A model generated the notes under the pieces. The model made no database searches. It saw nothing but the letters and a program-made list of their open reading frames with translations, and had not been told where the DNA came from. A program made the translations under genes and the position numbers. From an uncultured Candidatus Saccharibacteria bacterium (lineage in GTDB: Bacteria; Patescibacteriota; Minisyncoccia; Phycocordibacterales; UBA2100): a stretch of 64,000 nt of DNA. Of this stretch, positions 20,839 to 29,097 are shown piece by piece (the first letter of the stretch is position 1; the number at the start of each line of letters is the position of its first letter). Location of the stretch: NCBI GenBank assembly GCA_964399865.1, contig CAYNRJ010000001.1, forward strand, positions 138,050-202,049, written 5' to 3'.

Positions 20839-21470
20839 TTCGTTCTCCACTCGGACTTCTCGAGGGTTTTGATTTCAAATTTCGTCACTTTACGCACGAG
20901 CCGAGAATTCTTTTTTGGCACAATAGGGAAGTGGCGGCTCTTGTCTAATCGTGTAACAAGATAATCCAAGTCTTCCTCAGAGGTCACCCATTTCTCTGGT
21001 GCAATTTTACTTAGATCAAATGGTGCGGAATATGCTTTCAAAGTCTTCCGGCCGTTCTGTAAGTAGTATTCGTGAAAATACGAGAGAGCAAGCTCTCGGA
21101 TCGTTTTGTAGATGGGATCTCGCCACCTTAGAACTGCGTGGTTGGTTTTTGATATTGCGCCCCAATAACCGTTTTGTTTAAATAGCCCGACGACGTGATC
21201 ATCATCGCCATCTAAAGTTTGTAAATCCAATAGAAGGGGAGTCGCGCCGTGAAATGCGAGCGCCGCGGCCGCGAGAAGCGCGCCTTCAAAACAGTGCGCC
21301 GTTTTCGCATGCAAAACCTTCCTCGGAGACATATAAGTCTCCCTGCCTTTTTCAAAATTAAATGGAAGGGAATCGAGGTAGTCTTGTATCTTATGCGGCG
21401 TAGAAAGCCGCCTCATTACAGCTCTTTCTTGGGGAGTGAGTGTGGCTCGTAATCGATCAATGTAAGTCAT
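20835..21470 (-). CDS. Hypothetical protein, possibly a transglutaminase-like cysteine-peptidase fold.
   Basis: The Cys-containing segment KTAHCFEGALLAAAALAFHGATP resembles the G-x-C...RA-GIPAR helix of transglutaminase-like cores, and His follows in DDDHVVG. The aspartate is not convincingly placed. Confidence 0.35.
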   Translation of the reverse strand: MTYIDRLRATLTPQERAVMRRLSTPHKIQDYLDSLPFNFEKGRETYMSPRKVLHAKTAHCFEGALLAAAALAFHGATPLLLDLQTLDGDDDHVVGLFKQNGYWGAISKTNHAVLRWRDPIYKTIRELALSYFHEYYLQNGRKTLKAYSAPFDLSKIAPEKWVTSEEDLDYLVTRLDKSRHFPIVPKKNSRLVRKVTKFEIKTLEKSEWRTN

Positions 21471-21535
21471 GAGCTGATTATACGTACAATATCAGTAGCA
21501 CATAAAATTTGGATATAAAAGAAAAACTTTGCGAA

Positions 21536-21584
21536 AGTATAAAAATACACCGCCCGCCCCCAAAGCAATCTCAGGGGGCGGGCG
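21536..21584 (-). terminator. Rho-independent terminator for the 21609-22241 gene.
   Basis: Stem CGCCCGCCCCC...GGGGGCGGGCG on the plus strand. On the minus strand it is followed by GTGTATTTTTAT. Confidence 0.6.
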
Positions 21585-21608
21585 TCCTTGGAATCGATCG
21601 TCGGATGA

Positions 21609-22241
21609 CTAATCGTGGACTACTTCATCCCCAGATGAAGGTGACACGGGGGGAGTCACGACCGCTAGAAGCGCCCCGAAGTGGTTGTGCTCCGGGTTGT
21701 TGATGACGACTAGATCCCGCCACGCATCACCGAAGTCGGCCTTCAGTTGACCGACAACGTCCTCCATCGTTACGGGTGGTTCTTGGGCCAAGTACAGCCT
21801 CACGCCTTCACCGTTCCACGCGAGCATCTTCTTGAGCAAGATGTCCCTGGCCTCCACTCGACCAGGGTGCCTCTGACTCGCCCCGATAGAGAACTGAACC
21901 ACCTTACCATCGAGAGCTTGCATGATGAGGGCTGGCATATTCGGGACGAACCTCCGGAGACCGGCCGCACTGACGAAGACGCCTCCTCGTCTTCCCTGGA
22001 TCATACGAAGGTCCTTCGGCGCATTGCCACGAGCATCGTAGGGATCCATGATGAACCCGTAGCCGTCGTTGATTCGACGAAGAGTCCCCGTGTAGATCGT
22101 TGGATCGTTATCCATCGCAATTACCTTGTGGCCTTGACCATACATCCTGAAAGAGCGACCTTCTCCTCCAGGACTCTTAAACACCGTCGCGGCGTTCAAG
22201 ACACTGGAGGAAATCAGAAAGTATTCAATTTCATATGACAT
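21609..22241 (-). CDS. Hypothetical protein (GC-rich, about 57% GC).
   Basis: 210-aa ORF whose composition differs from its neighbours, followed by a strong GC hairpin plus T-tract terminator on the minus strand. No recognisable domain. Confidence 0.4.
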   Translation of the reverse strand: MSYEIEYFLISSSVLNAATVFKSPGGEGRSFRMYGQGHKVIAMDNDPTIYTGTLRRINDGYGFIMDPYDARGNAPKDLRMIQGRRGGVFVSAAGLRRFVPNMPALIMQALDGKVVQFSIGASQRHPGRVEARDILLKKMLAWNGEGVRLYLAQEPPVTMEDVVGQLKADFGDAWRDLVVINNPEHNHFGALLAVVTPPVSPSSGDEVVHD

Positions 22242-22693
22242 TAAAAGTCAACACGAAAGGGAAGTCTCTCCCCTGGCAATACTTTTCAAAGAGGGGAGAC
22301 GGAATATACTTTACTTGTGCTCGAGCGGGATGATGCTGTCTCATTGCCGCGGCGGGCACCCTTCCCCAACTTGTCTCCCTCAGGAGCGGGACCTCCTGTA
22401 GGCTCAGACAAAACCTCGCCTTCATTACTAGGGCGAGGTTCTGTTATTTTAAGATCTAGACTATCTTCCATTAATAATGCATAGTATTTCCTAGCCAACC
22501 GTGGATCATACTACCTACCCCTTAGGAGCGGGTTCACGGGACAGAACAATAAGCAATAAGGATCCAGCGCAGCACGCCCTGTCTGCGACTGTTTGGCCAC
22601 CTTTCCTTGGATCTTCACACCCAAGGACCGCCCCGCAAACCCGACCGCCATCGGGAGCGGGGCTCTTTTCTTATAAGTGATATAGTCTTAGAC

Positions 22694-22981
22694 ATGCCAA
22701 GACAATTCGACTTTACAAACGGCCCCGACAAGATTTTCGTGGAGGCAACTAACACTGCAATAGGTCCAGGAAGGCTTCTTCTTGCAATGCATTCTGGTGA
22801 GAATGCTCACGTATTCGTCTTTGATATAAATCATGCAAAACAACTCAGCAGACTTTTAACCCAGAATGTTGAACATTACGAAAAGCAGTTCGGACCAGTT
22901 GATGGCCGACTTCCAACAGAACCTCTACCAACTCCGTTCAAATATAACGACGACGGAAAAGATTCCGGTGCTAATAAATAA
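22694..22981 (+). CDS. Hypothetical small protein.
   Basis: 95-aa ORF from an internal ATG (MPRQFDF...). No domain recognised. Sits in the accessory patch. Confidence 0.3.
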   Translation: MPRQFDFTNGPDKIFVEATNTAIGPGRLLLAMHSGENAHVFVFDINHAKQLSRLLTQNVEHYEKQFGPVDGRLPTEPLPTPFKYNDDGKDSGANK

Positions 22982-23071
22982 TAAGGAGAAATATCGGTCG
23001 TAGATACTAACAAGGGGTCCCTGGGCGGCATTTGTCGCCCAGGGATTTGCGGGACTTGGCAGAAACAGGAT

Positions 23072-23359
23072 TCACTTCTTCTTCCTGCTTTCAGCGTCGA
23101 GCTTCACTACGCCCAACTTTTCACCCACCTCGAGCGCAATTTCGAGAGCGCCGAAGACGGGCGTGCCGACGAGATCATCGACAGCGTGAGTGACCAGAGC
23201 CGGGCCATGCGTCATCAACGCTTTCCCGACCACAGGACCAAGCTTGATTGGCGTCTTGGTATTCGACGTACCGTCTCCAGATGACTTCGGCTGCTCCTTC
23301 GAGACTTCCTGAACAACCGCCACCGCGATCATCACCGCAATTGGGAGAAGAAAAATCAT
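23072..23359 (-). CDS. Hypothetical small membrane-anchored protein.
   Basis: 95 aa with an N-terminal TM helix (MIFLLPIAVMIAVAVV). Confidence 0.35.
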   Translation of the reverse strand: MIFLLPIAVMIAVAVVQEVSKEQPKSSGDGTSNTKTPIKLGPVVGKALMTHGPALVTHAVDDLVGTPVFGALEIALEVGEKLGVVKLDAESRKKK

Positions 23360-24201
23360 CCGCGTACCGCCTTCTGTAAGAGCACGCTACGACCTTGTAG
23401 CAATTAATAGTGTTCCTACTCCAATAAAATGTCAAAGGCAGGGAAGTCAAACCCCAATTTTTTGAGATCCGAGTCCCCTGATCTAATAGCCTTTAAACGT
23501 AGGGGATTTAACAGAGACTCAAGTCCCCCAGGTCAAAAAAACCACTTTTAGGGCAGGAGAGTCGACCTCGTCCGAGAACCCAAGCATCTTGGCCACGAGA
23601 TAAGAAAAAAGACACACCCGAGATTTGGGGAATCGTAGAAACTCAATGAGAAAGGCCATTCAGATTGGTATGCACTTGGTACCATAAACAGCATGCAAAA
23701 TGCACTACAGAGGCATACAAGGCCGCTGCAGGAGGCCATAAGGATTGAGGTCCTGGGGCGGTAAAACCTGGTATAGGTGACGTAAAACAAAGATTGTGCG
23801 ACACCCCGAGATGTCCATTCCCCAGATATTACACAATAGTTATCCACAGGTGTGTCAATACCCTCCCTTCATATAGTTTAGCTACTAATATTTTCTTATA
23901 AAAATATTTTTATCACGCAGATTGTAAAAAAGGGAGTTGAAAAAATGATGTGAAAAAGAGAGGAGAAAAGAGCGACTTGATAAGAGGTCCCCTGCCCCGG
24001 GGTGATATATGCGGTTTTTTTCACGAAAATGGTTGGGGATCAAATCTGCACTCCAGAAATTAATCTGGTATTTTGATTTAGATGCTCTTGAAAGGAAGTT
24101 TGGAAAAATTCTCATCAATATGAGAGTTTACTCCGATCCTCTTTCAGGGATATAGATCTTGAAAGATTCATTAATATACGTTATTGCGACCTCCTTACTT
24201 C

Positions 24202-25041
24202 TCATTTAAAAACTTTTGCCTGTAATATTTTTTCCGCCTCTGTATTGATGGTTTTTAAGAAAGTTCCAAAATTTTCTACGTTAACCACATCAATTAGGAA
24301 ATAATCGTCGCTAGTGCTGACTTTTCCTTTATCGGGGTAGACGTAATTTGTCTCAATTAAAAAATTGTTATCAATGGGTTTTGTGGTTGCTTTACTTACA
24401 TCGTCTTCTGCTACCACTTCTTTCAGGTTCTCAAAATTCCCACAAACAATTATTGGATAGCGCATTATTGATCCTTTAGTCTCTCGGTGGACATTAAACT
24501 TATGGAAAATTGGACCATCTGCCCATTGTTCGTAATAGACCAACGCCCTTAGACACTGACTAATTGCCTTATAGACCACATCTTCAGCGCCATGGACTGT
24601 AGAAAATAGTTTGGCTGCACGAGAATCTTGAAGATAATGCAGATCCCCATTAGAAATATCTGCGCCACCGCGTCCTGCAGAAAGAAGCCACAAACCTGTC
24701 TTAGACTCTAGAGCCTCAGTTAGTTTCTTTTGATTTATTTGATCGAACCAAACCAGGAACTCACTATTTATATATTTGCACTCAATAAAAAGTTGAATGT
24801 TCAATTGATGAGTTGATTCACTTCCAAAAGGCGCTGAATTAAATCGTTTCTCGGCGATAATATCTATCTCCTTCACTTGATCACCCACATTATCGTAATA
24901 GTAGGAGCTGACATTTATTGACCATCCATCGTTTTTAAGTGCCTGCACAGTCTTGAGATGAGTAATCATCCCACTCTTCTTAAAAATGTCGTCAGTTTTA
25001 GATAGGTTTTTGTCTCCTGTCAGTTTTTGCTTATCTCCCAT
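24202..25041 (-). CDS. Hypothetical protein with a putative PD-(D/E)xK nuclease-like core, in an AT-rich islet.
   Basis: The EIDIIAEKR...(27 aa)...FIECKY arrangement fits a D...ExK restriction-endonuclease-like motif. About 38% GC versus about 47% for the surroundings. SD AGGAGGA sits 11 nt upstream of the ATG. Confidence 0.4.
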   Translation of the reverse strand: MGDKQKLTGDKNLSKTDDIFKKSGMITHLKTVQALKNDGWSINVSSYYYDNVGDQVKEIDIIAEKRFNSAPFGSESTHQLNIQLFIECKYINSEFLVWFDQINQKKLTEALESKTGLWLLSAGRGGADISNGDLHYLQDSRAAKLFSTVHGAEDVVYKAISQCLRALVYYEQWADGPIFHKFNVHRETKGSIMRYPIIVCGNFENLKEVVAEDDVSKATTKPIDNNFLIETNYVYPDKGKVSTSDDYFLIDVVNVENFGTFLKTINTEAEKILQAKVFK

Positions 25042-25109
25042 CCATCAAGCATCCTCCTATTCAAATCCCCTGTCAATGGAATTTAGGAGGTGTATTATTC
25101 AGTAGAATT

Positions 25110-25445
25110 ATGGCTTTTAAGCTTTTTATAGCCTTCTTGGTTGCGCTTGGTGGACTTCTCGTAGCTCTCGTCTTTTTGCTATTTACTATGGGATTTTGGT
25201 TTTTAGCTATGCCCTTTTATCATCAGTGCAATAAGGTTCAATCGGGCATGTCTACGGTGGAAGCGCAGCAGATAATGGCAAAGTATCTCGATAATCCGCG
25301 TGTACACATCTCACAGGAGTGGGGGCAAGATATGTCAGCACCGAGTGGCCATGGAATGTATATGAGCACCAAGGAGCTCGATATGCGCTGTATTATTTTC
25401 TATGAGGGCGACAAAGTATCTATAACGCAATTCTGGTACGACTAA
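25110..25445 (+). CDS. Hypothetical small membrane protein.
   Basis: 111 aa with two N-terminal TM helices. An upstream promoter-like CTGTCA-17-TATTAT. A terminator follows. Confidence 0.4.
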   Translation: MAFKLFIAFLVALGGLLVALVFLLFTMGFWFLAMPFYHQCNKVQSGMSTVEAQQIMAKYLDNPRVHISQEWGQDMSAPSGHGMYMSTKELDMRCIIFYEGDKVSITQFWYD

Positions 25446-25483
25446 CTCCCTCCCCCATACAGGGAGATTTATTTATTTTTTTG
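25446..25483 (+). terminator. Rho-independent terminator.
   Basis: Stem CTCCCT/AGGGAG followed by ATTTATTTATTTTTTT. Confidence 0.6.
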
Positions 25484-25541
25484 TAGTACAGTGCCGCCGT
25501 CTGGAGCTGTTCCAGATTCCTAGAGAAAGAGGACGTAGACA

Positions 25542-25811
25542 GTGAGCAACGAGCCCGAAATGAGGCCTGCCGAGAAGCTCTTGGGCGTCGAGGGGTTCTT
25601 CACACAAATTGCCCTTGATCGTCTCGCTCCTAAGTTTGGGGATGCCTTCCTGGAGTACAAGCGAGCTTTCGGTCCAGGTCTTCCCAGTACAGGTCCGGCA
25701 CTATCTAGAGCCTTGAAGGATCTCGATTGCTTTGCCGAAATGCACAGCGACGTGATCGAAAGACTCTACCAGCTCGCGCTAAAGACAATACGGGAATTCC
25801 ACAGCGAATAG
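25542..25811 (+). CDS. Hypothetical protein (GC-rich).
   Basis: 89-aa ORF followed by a hairpin and T-tract terminator at 25851-25892. No domain recognised. Confidence 0.35.
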   Translation: MSNEPEMRPAEKLLGVEGFFTQIALDRLAPKFGDAFLEYKRAFGPGLPSTGPALSRALKDLDCFAEMHSDVIERLYQLALKTIREFHSE

Positions 25812-25850
25812 GAATTCTTCGCAGAGCATCGGTGCTGACCACCACAACAA

Positions 25851-25892
25851 GGCCCGTCCCTAGTGGACGGGCCGCTCTCATTTATTTGTTTT
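25851..25892 (+). terminator. Rho-independent terminator.
   Basis: Stem GGCCCGTCC-ctagt-GGACGGGCC followed by GCTCTCATTTATTTGTTTT. Confidence 0.55.
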
Positions 25893-25980
25893 GAGTATGT
25901 AAATGAAAAGGGACGTCCCACCGACTGCGTGTGCAGTGGATCGAACGTCCCTTTGCCCTCTACCCGCCTATTATGCGGGA

Positions 25981-26160
25981 GCTTCAGGTGTTTGTGCGGA
26001 TTCCTCAGTCGGATGCAAGGCCCTTTCAATGATGTCGCTCAGGGCCTTCCCGCCGAAGATGGCACCAACCACGACTACTACGACCACGAGAGCACCAACT
26101 AGGACGTACGTGACCATTCGATGTCCGCCCTGAACATTGCGATCGCTCATTGGATCTCCT
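25981..26160 (-). CDS. Small hydrophobic protein, 59 aa (MSDRNVQGGHRMVTYVLVGALVVVVVVVGAIFGGKALSDIIERAL...).
   Basis: Hand-translated minus-strand ORF. A perfect SD (GGAGGAGATCC) sits immediately upstream of the ATG at 26160. Single TM helix. Below the 60-aa cutoff of the ORF track. Confidence 0.4.
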
Positions 26161-26287
26161 CCTTGGCTTGAGCGGCCAATACTATATCCCCTCCTTCCCT
26201 ATTGGGGAAGAATATTTAAATCACTGGACAATCGGTGGTAAAAGTGTTTTAATCCTGTTCGCTTCAACCCGAACCGGAGATGCGCAC

Positions 26288-26776
26288 ATGCGCTTTTTCA
26301 TTACTGCTCTTTCCTTCTTCATTCTGACTGCCTCTACCGCGAACGCGCAGGACTACAACGCGGTTGCCGAGGAGGCCGCCGCTTGTCGCAGTCGCATCGC
26401 GGAAACCGGACTGCATGCGCCGTGGAACTGCCATGATCCTCTCCCCACGACGCTCCGAGAGGCAATCCAGTATCAGATGGAGTACCTGCCTGCCGACAAC
26501 ATCGGATACACGACGGGACATGACAACCCGGCGTGCGATGCGCTCGTGCGGGCAGGGTTCGCGCCCTGCAACTTCAACACGCGGGGCGTTCTCGCTGGGT
26601 TCCTGGCCATGTACGGCAAGGACCTGTTCCCGACCGATTACAACTTCGGCCCGGGGGGCACCGCTTACTACGGCACGGCGGAGCAGAACCTGGCGCTGAT
26701 CGCGGCGATCGAGCGTAACGCCGCGCTCTTCTCGGATGGTGATCTCACCGCCGAGGAGGTCCAGCTCTGGGAGTAG
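26288..26776 (+). CDS. Hypothetical secreted protein (GC-rich, about 63% GC).
   Basis: Start set at MRFFITALSFFILTASTANA (signal peptide). A four-Cys mature domain. Strong GC3 bias unlike the host background. A terminator follows. Confidence 0.5.
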   Translation: MRFFITALSFFILTASTANAQDYNAVAEEAAACRSRIAETGLHAPWNCHDPLPTTLREAIQYQMEYLPADNIGYTTGHDNPACDALVRAGFAPCNFNTRGVLAGFLAMYGKDLFPTDYNFGPGGTAYYGTAEQNLALIAAIERNAALFSDGDLTAEEVQLWE

Positions 26777-26805
26777 CAGTCACTACTCGCGCGTGACATC
26801 AAACA

Positions 26806-26842
26806 GGCCCTTCCCCTCGCGGGAAGGGCCGCTTACTTTTCC
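26806..26842 (+). terminator. Rho-independent terminator.
   Basis: Stem GGCCCTTCCC-ctcgc-GGGAAGGGCC followed by GCTTACTTTTCC. Confidence 0.6.
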
Positions 26843-26861
26843 AACTTTGAAAAAGCGAAAT

Positions 26862-27617
26862 TTATTGTTTGTTCGTCACCTTCTCAAACGCACGAAGCAC
26901 TTCAAGCGGCACCGCAAATACAACAGTATTGGACTGGTCCGATGAGATGTCGTTGATTGATTGGAGTGTGCGAAGGTGGAGTGCGCCAGGAGAAGCGGCG
27001 AGCATTTCCGCAGCCTTTGCCATGTTGGCAGCGGAAGCGACTTCACCCTCAGCTTTAATGATGACAGAGCGTTTTTCACGTTCTGCCTCTGCCTGCTTTG
27101 CGATAGTACGTTCCATGTCAGCAGCGAGCGCGATGTCTTTTAATTCAACGTTGGACACTTTAATACCCCACGGATCGGACGCCTCGTCTACAACAGAGCG
27201 AATGCGTTCAGAGATCTTGTCACGCGCCGCGAGCAGCTCATCGAGTTCTACTTCACCTACCGCATTTCGCATCGTTGTCTGAGCAAGCTGACTCATGGCG
27301 TAAATAAAATCTTCAACTTCGAGAATTGCTTTCGCAGCATCGGTCACTCGGTAGTAGATAACTGCGTTCACACCCACAGAAATGTTGTCTTTCGTGATCG
27401 CCTTCTGCTCCGGTACATCGACAGCTTTCACGCGCATGTCGACTTTCTTAAGCTGTTGGAATATCGGAATAACGAGTCTCCAGCCTGGTTCTTTGATACC
27501 GGTAAAGCGACCCATGAGGAACATAACTCCCCTCTGGTACTGGTTAATCTGCCTCAAGACGACAACAAGGATAACAATGATCACCGCTATGACGCCCAAA
27601 ATTGTGAAGATATCCAT
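26862..27617 (-). CDS. SPFH/band-7 (stomatin/prohibitin-like) membrane protein.
   Basis: N-terminal TM helix, then an SPFH domain and an Ala/Glu-rich coiled-coil tail. 251 aa. Confidence 0.8.
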   Translation of the reverse strand: MDIFTILGVIAVIIVILVVVLRQINQYQRGVMFLMGRFTGIKEPGWRLVIPIFQQLKKVDMRVKAVDVPEQKAITKDNISVGVNAVIYYRVTDAAKAILEVEDFIYAMSQLAQTTMRNAVGEVELDELLAARDKISERIRSVVDEASDPWGIKVSNVELKDIALAADMERTIAKQAEAEREKRSVIIKAEGEVASAANMAKAAEMLAASPGALHLRTLQSINDISSDQSNTVVFAVPLEVLRAFEKVTNKQ

Positions 27618-27640
27618 ATATGTCCTTTATATACTAAAAG

Positions 27641-28231
27641 TTACTTCCACGGTAGTTCGAATTGCATGAATTCTGGAAGAAGTTTCCTGCCGTACAGAAG
27701 GCGCGAGATGACTTCTGCATGAGAGAGTGCCCCCGTGAGTGCGTTGTGTGGCATTGGTTCCTCCGGAATACCCACATAATTGAGAACAGCGTCGAGATTA
27801 AGTGCGGAACGCTTGTGTAAGACCGGCGGCTGCTTGCCGTGGATCACCATGTGCATGTAGCAAAGGGTATGTACGTCGATTGTGCGATATGCGAATGGCC
27901 AGTCAGTGTGCCCTGCGCGATGAGCAGCGGCTTTAAGGAAATCACGATCGAAAGAAACGTTCTGCCCGGCGAGAGTTCTCTCTTCTAGACCCTCACTCCA
28001 TGCCAAAAATGAATGTGTCAGGTCCCCTTCTGTCTTCTTATTCGGATCGGTGATCTCTGCCTCTGTAAAACCATTCACTCCAAGAGCTTCCGGCATTATA
28101 TGAGCGCCATCCCATATCCGGCACTCCTCGTAATAGCGGTTTGTGGGGTTCTTAAGGTCGAGAGCGCCCACAGACACTATGGAGTGCTTTGAGGGCTCTG
28201 TTCCTGATGCTTCTACGTCTACGATTAACAT
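27641..28231 (-). CDS. DEDDh-family 3'-5' exonuclease (DnaQ/oligoribonuclease-like).
   Basis: Exo I (VDVEASG), Exo II (FDRDFL) and Exo III (HKRSALNLDAV) motifs. 196 aa. Confidence 0.7.
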   Translation of the reverse strand: MLIVDVEASGTEPSKHSIVSVGALDLKNPTNRYYEECRIWDGAHIMPEALGVNGFTEAEITDPNKKTEGDLTHSFLAWSEGLEERTLAGQNVSFDRDFLKAAAHRAGHTDWPFAYRTIDVHTLCYMHMVIHGKQPPVLHKRSALNLDAVLNYVGIPEEPMPHNALTGALSHAEVISRLLYGRKLLPEFMQFELPWK

Positions 28232-28318
28232 AGGGCTTAGTATATAGGCATTACGCCATATCCCCTAGCTCCCTACCCCTTGATTTATAGGGTTATTTCG
28301 TGTATTCTTGGCTTTCTT

Positions 28319-28591
28319 ATGGCACATACAAAAGCCGGAGGTTCGGCGAAAAACCTACGAGATTCCAATCCGAAATACCTCGGCGTCAAGCGTGCTGATG
28401 GTCAGAAAGTAGTAACTGGTGAGATCATCGTCCGCCAGCGCGGTACGAAGGTCATGGCCGGCAAGAACATCGGTATCGGCAAAGACCACACTCTCTTCTC
28501 CCTCATCAACGGCACTGTAAAATTCAGCTCCAAGCGCAAGACAAACTACGACGGACGTTCTACGACCCGCCGAATGGTAACTGTAGTTTAA
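28319..28591 (+). CDS. rpmA: 50S ribosomal protein L27.
   Basis: [24 protein letters not shown]...IIVRQRGTK matches L27. The 13-codon upstream extension in the ORF track is rejected. Confidence 0.85.
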   Translation: MAHTKAGGSAKNLRDSNPKYLGVKRADGQKVVTGEIIVRQRGTKVMAGKNIGIGKDHTLFSLINGTVKFSSKRKTNYDGRSTTRRMVTVV

Positions 28592-28620
28592 AAAAGCGCC
28601 CGAGAGGGCGTCTTTTTTTA
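28590..28620. terminator. Bidirectional rho-independent terminator between rpmA and rplI.
   Basis: AAAAAGCGCCCgagaGGGCGTCTTTTTTT. A-tract and T-tract flank a GC stem between convergent genes. Confidence 0.65.
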
Positions 28621-29058
28621 TGCGGCTTTGATGACGACGGTAACGTGCGCCCGCACATTCCCGGAAGTGACAAGTATCTTGTGCTCCCCGACCTCTTTAA
28701 GAGTTTTTTCTAGTTGAATAGCTTCGAGTGGGATCTTAGTCCCCTGCCCTTCAAATGCGCGTGCGATATCTTTTGCCGCGAGAGCTTTAAATAGTCCGCC
28801 TTTTTCTGTCGCGCGTGCTTTTATTTCTACAGTTTTATTCTCTAGAGTTTGGATTGATTTTGTGAGCGCTTCCATTCGCTTTGCCTCTTCAGCTTCCTTT
28901 TGCTTGCGAGTCACTTCGTATGCCGCGATTCTCTCAGGAGTTGCCTGGACTGCTAGACCGCGAGCTATAAGCATGTTTTCCGCAAAGCCGTGTGACACTT
29001 CTTTCACGGTCCCCTGCTGACCCACCTTTGCTACGTCTTTTAGAAGGATTACTTTCAT
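28618..29058 (-). CDS. rplI: 50S ribosomal protein L9.
   Basis: MKVILLKDVAKVGQQGTVKEVSHGFAENMLIARGLA is a typical L9 N-domain. 146 aa. Confidence 0.85.
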   Translation of the reverse strand: MKVILLKDVAKVGQQGTVKEVSHGFAENMLIARGLAVQATPERIAAYEVTRKQKEAEEAKRMEALTKSIQTLENKTVEIKARATEKGGLFKALAAKDIARAFEGQGTKIPLEAIQLEKTLKEVGEHKILVTSGNVRAHVTVVIKAA

Positions 29059-29097
29059 AGAGATAGGAGTATATCCGTCTTTTTGCTCTCAGGGAAG

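Noticed and set aside
23548-24118. Minus-strand ORFs 23548-23847 (99 aa) and 23885-24118 (77 aa).
   Set aside because: Cys/Phe-rich or low-complexity translations with no RBS or similarity. They are probably random frames in a non-coding region.
23360-24200. Possible tmRNA, RNase P RNA, SRP RNA or CRISPR array in the long non-coding stretch.
   Set aside because: I looked for hallmark motifs (tmRNA 5' GGGG...3' tRNA-like end, RNase P GGAAAGTCCGG, SRP GTCAGGTCCGGAAGGAAGCAGC) and for regularly spaced direct repeats. None were found. Only short irregular GAGTCCCC-like motifs were seen. It is reported as a finding rather than a feature.
25863-26133. Two overlapping plus-strand ORFs (79 and 76 aa) in the GC-rich patch.
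   Set aside because: They have no RBS, contain a poly-Thr low-complexity stretch, and overlap each other. The minus-strand 59-aa ORF with a perfect SD explains the open frames better.
26150-26287. Upstream 46-codon extension of the secreted GC-rich protein.
   Set aside because: It lacks an RBS and has no signal-peptide-like start. The internal ATG at 26288 gives a canonical signal peptide with SD GGAGA upstream.
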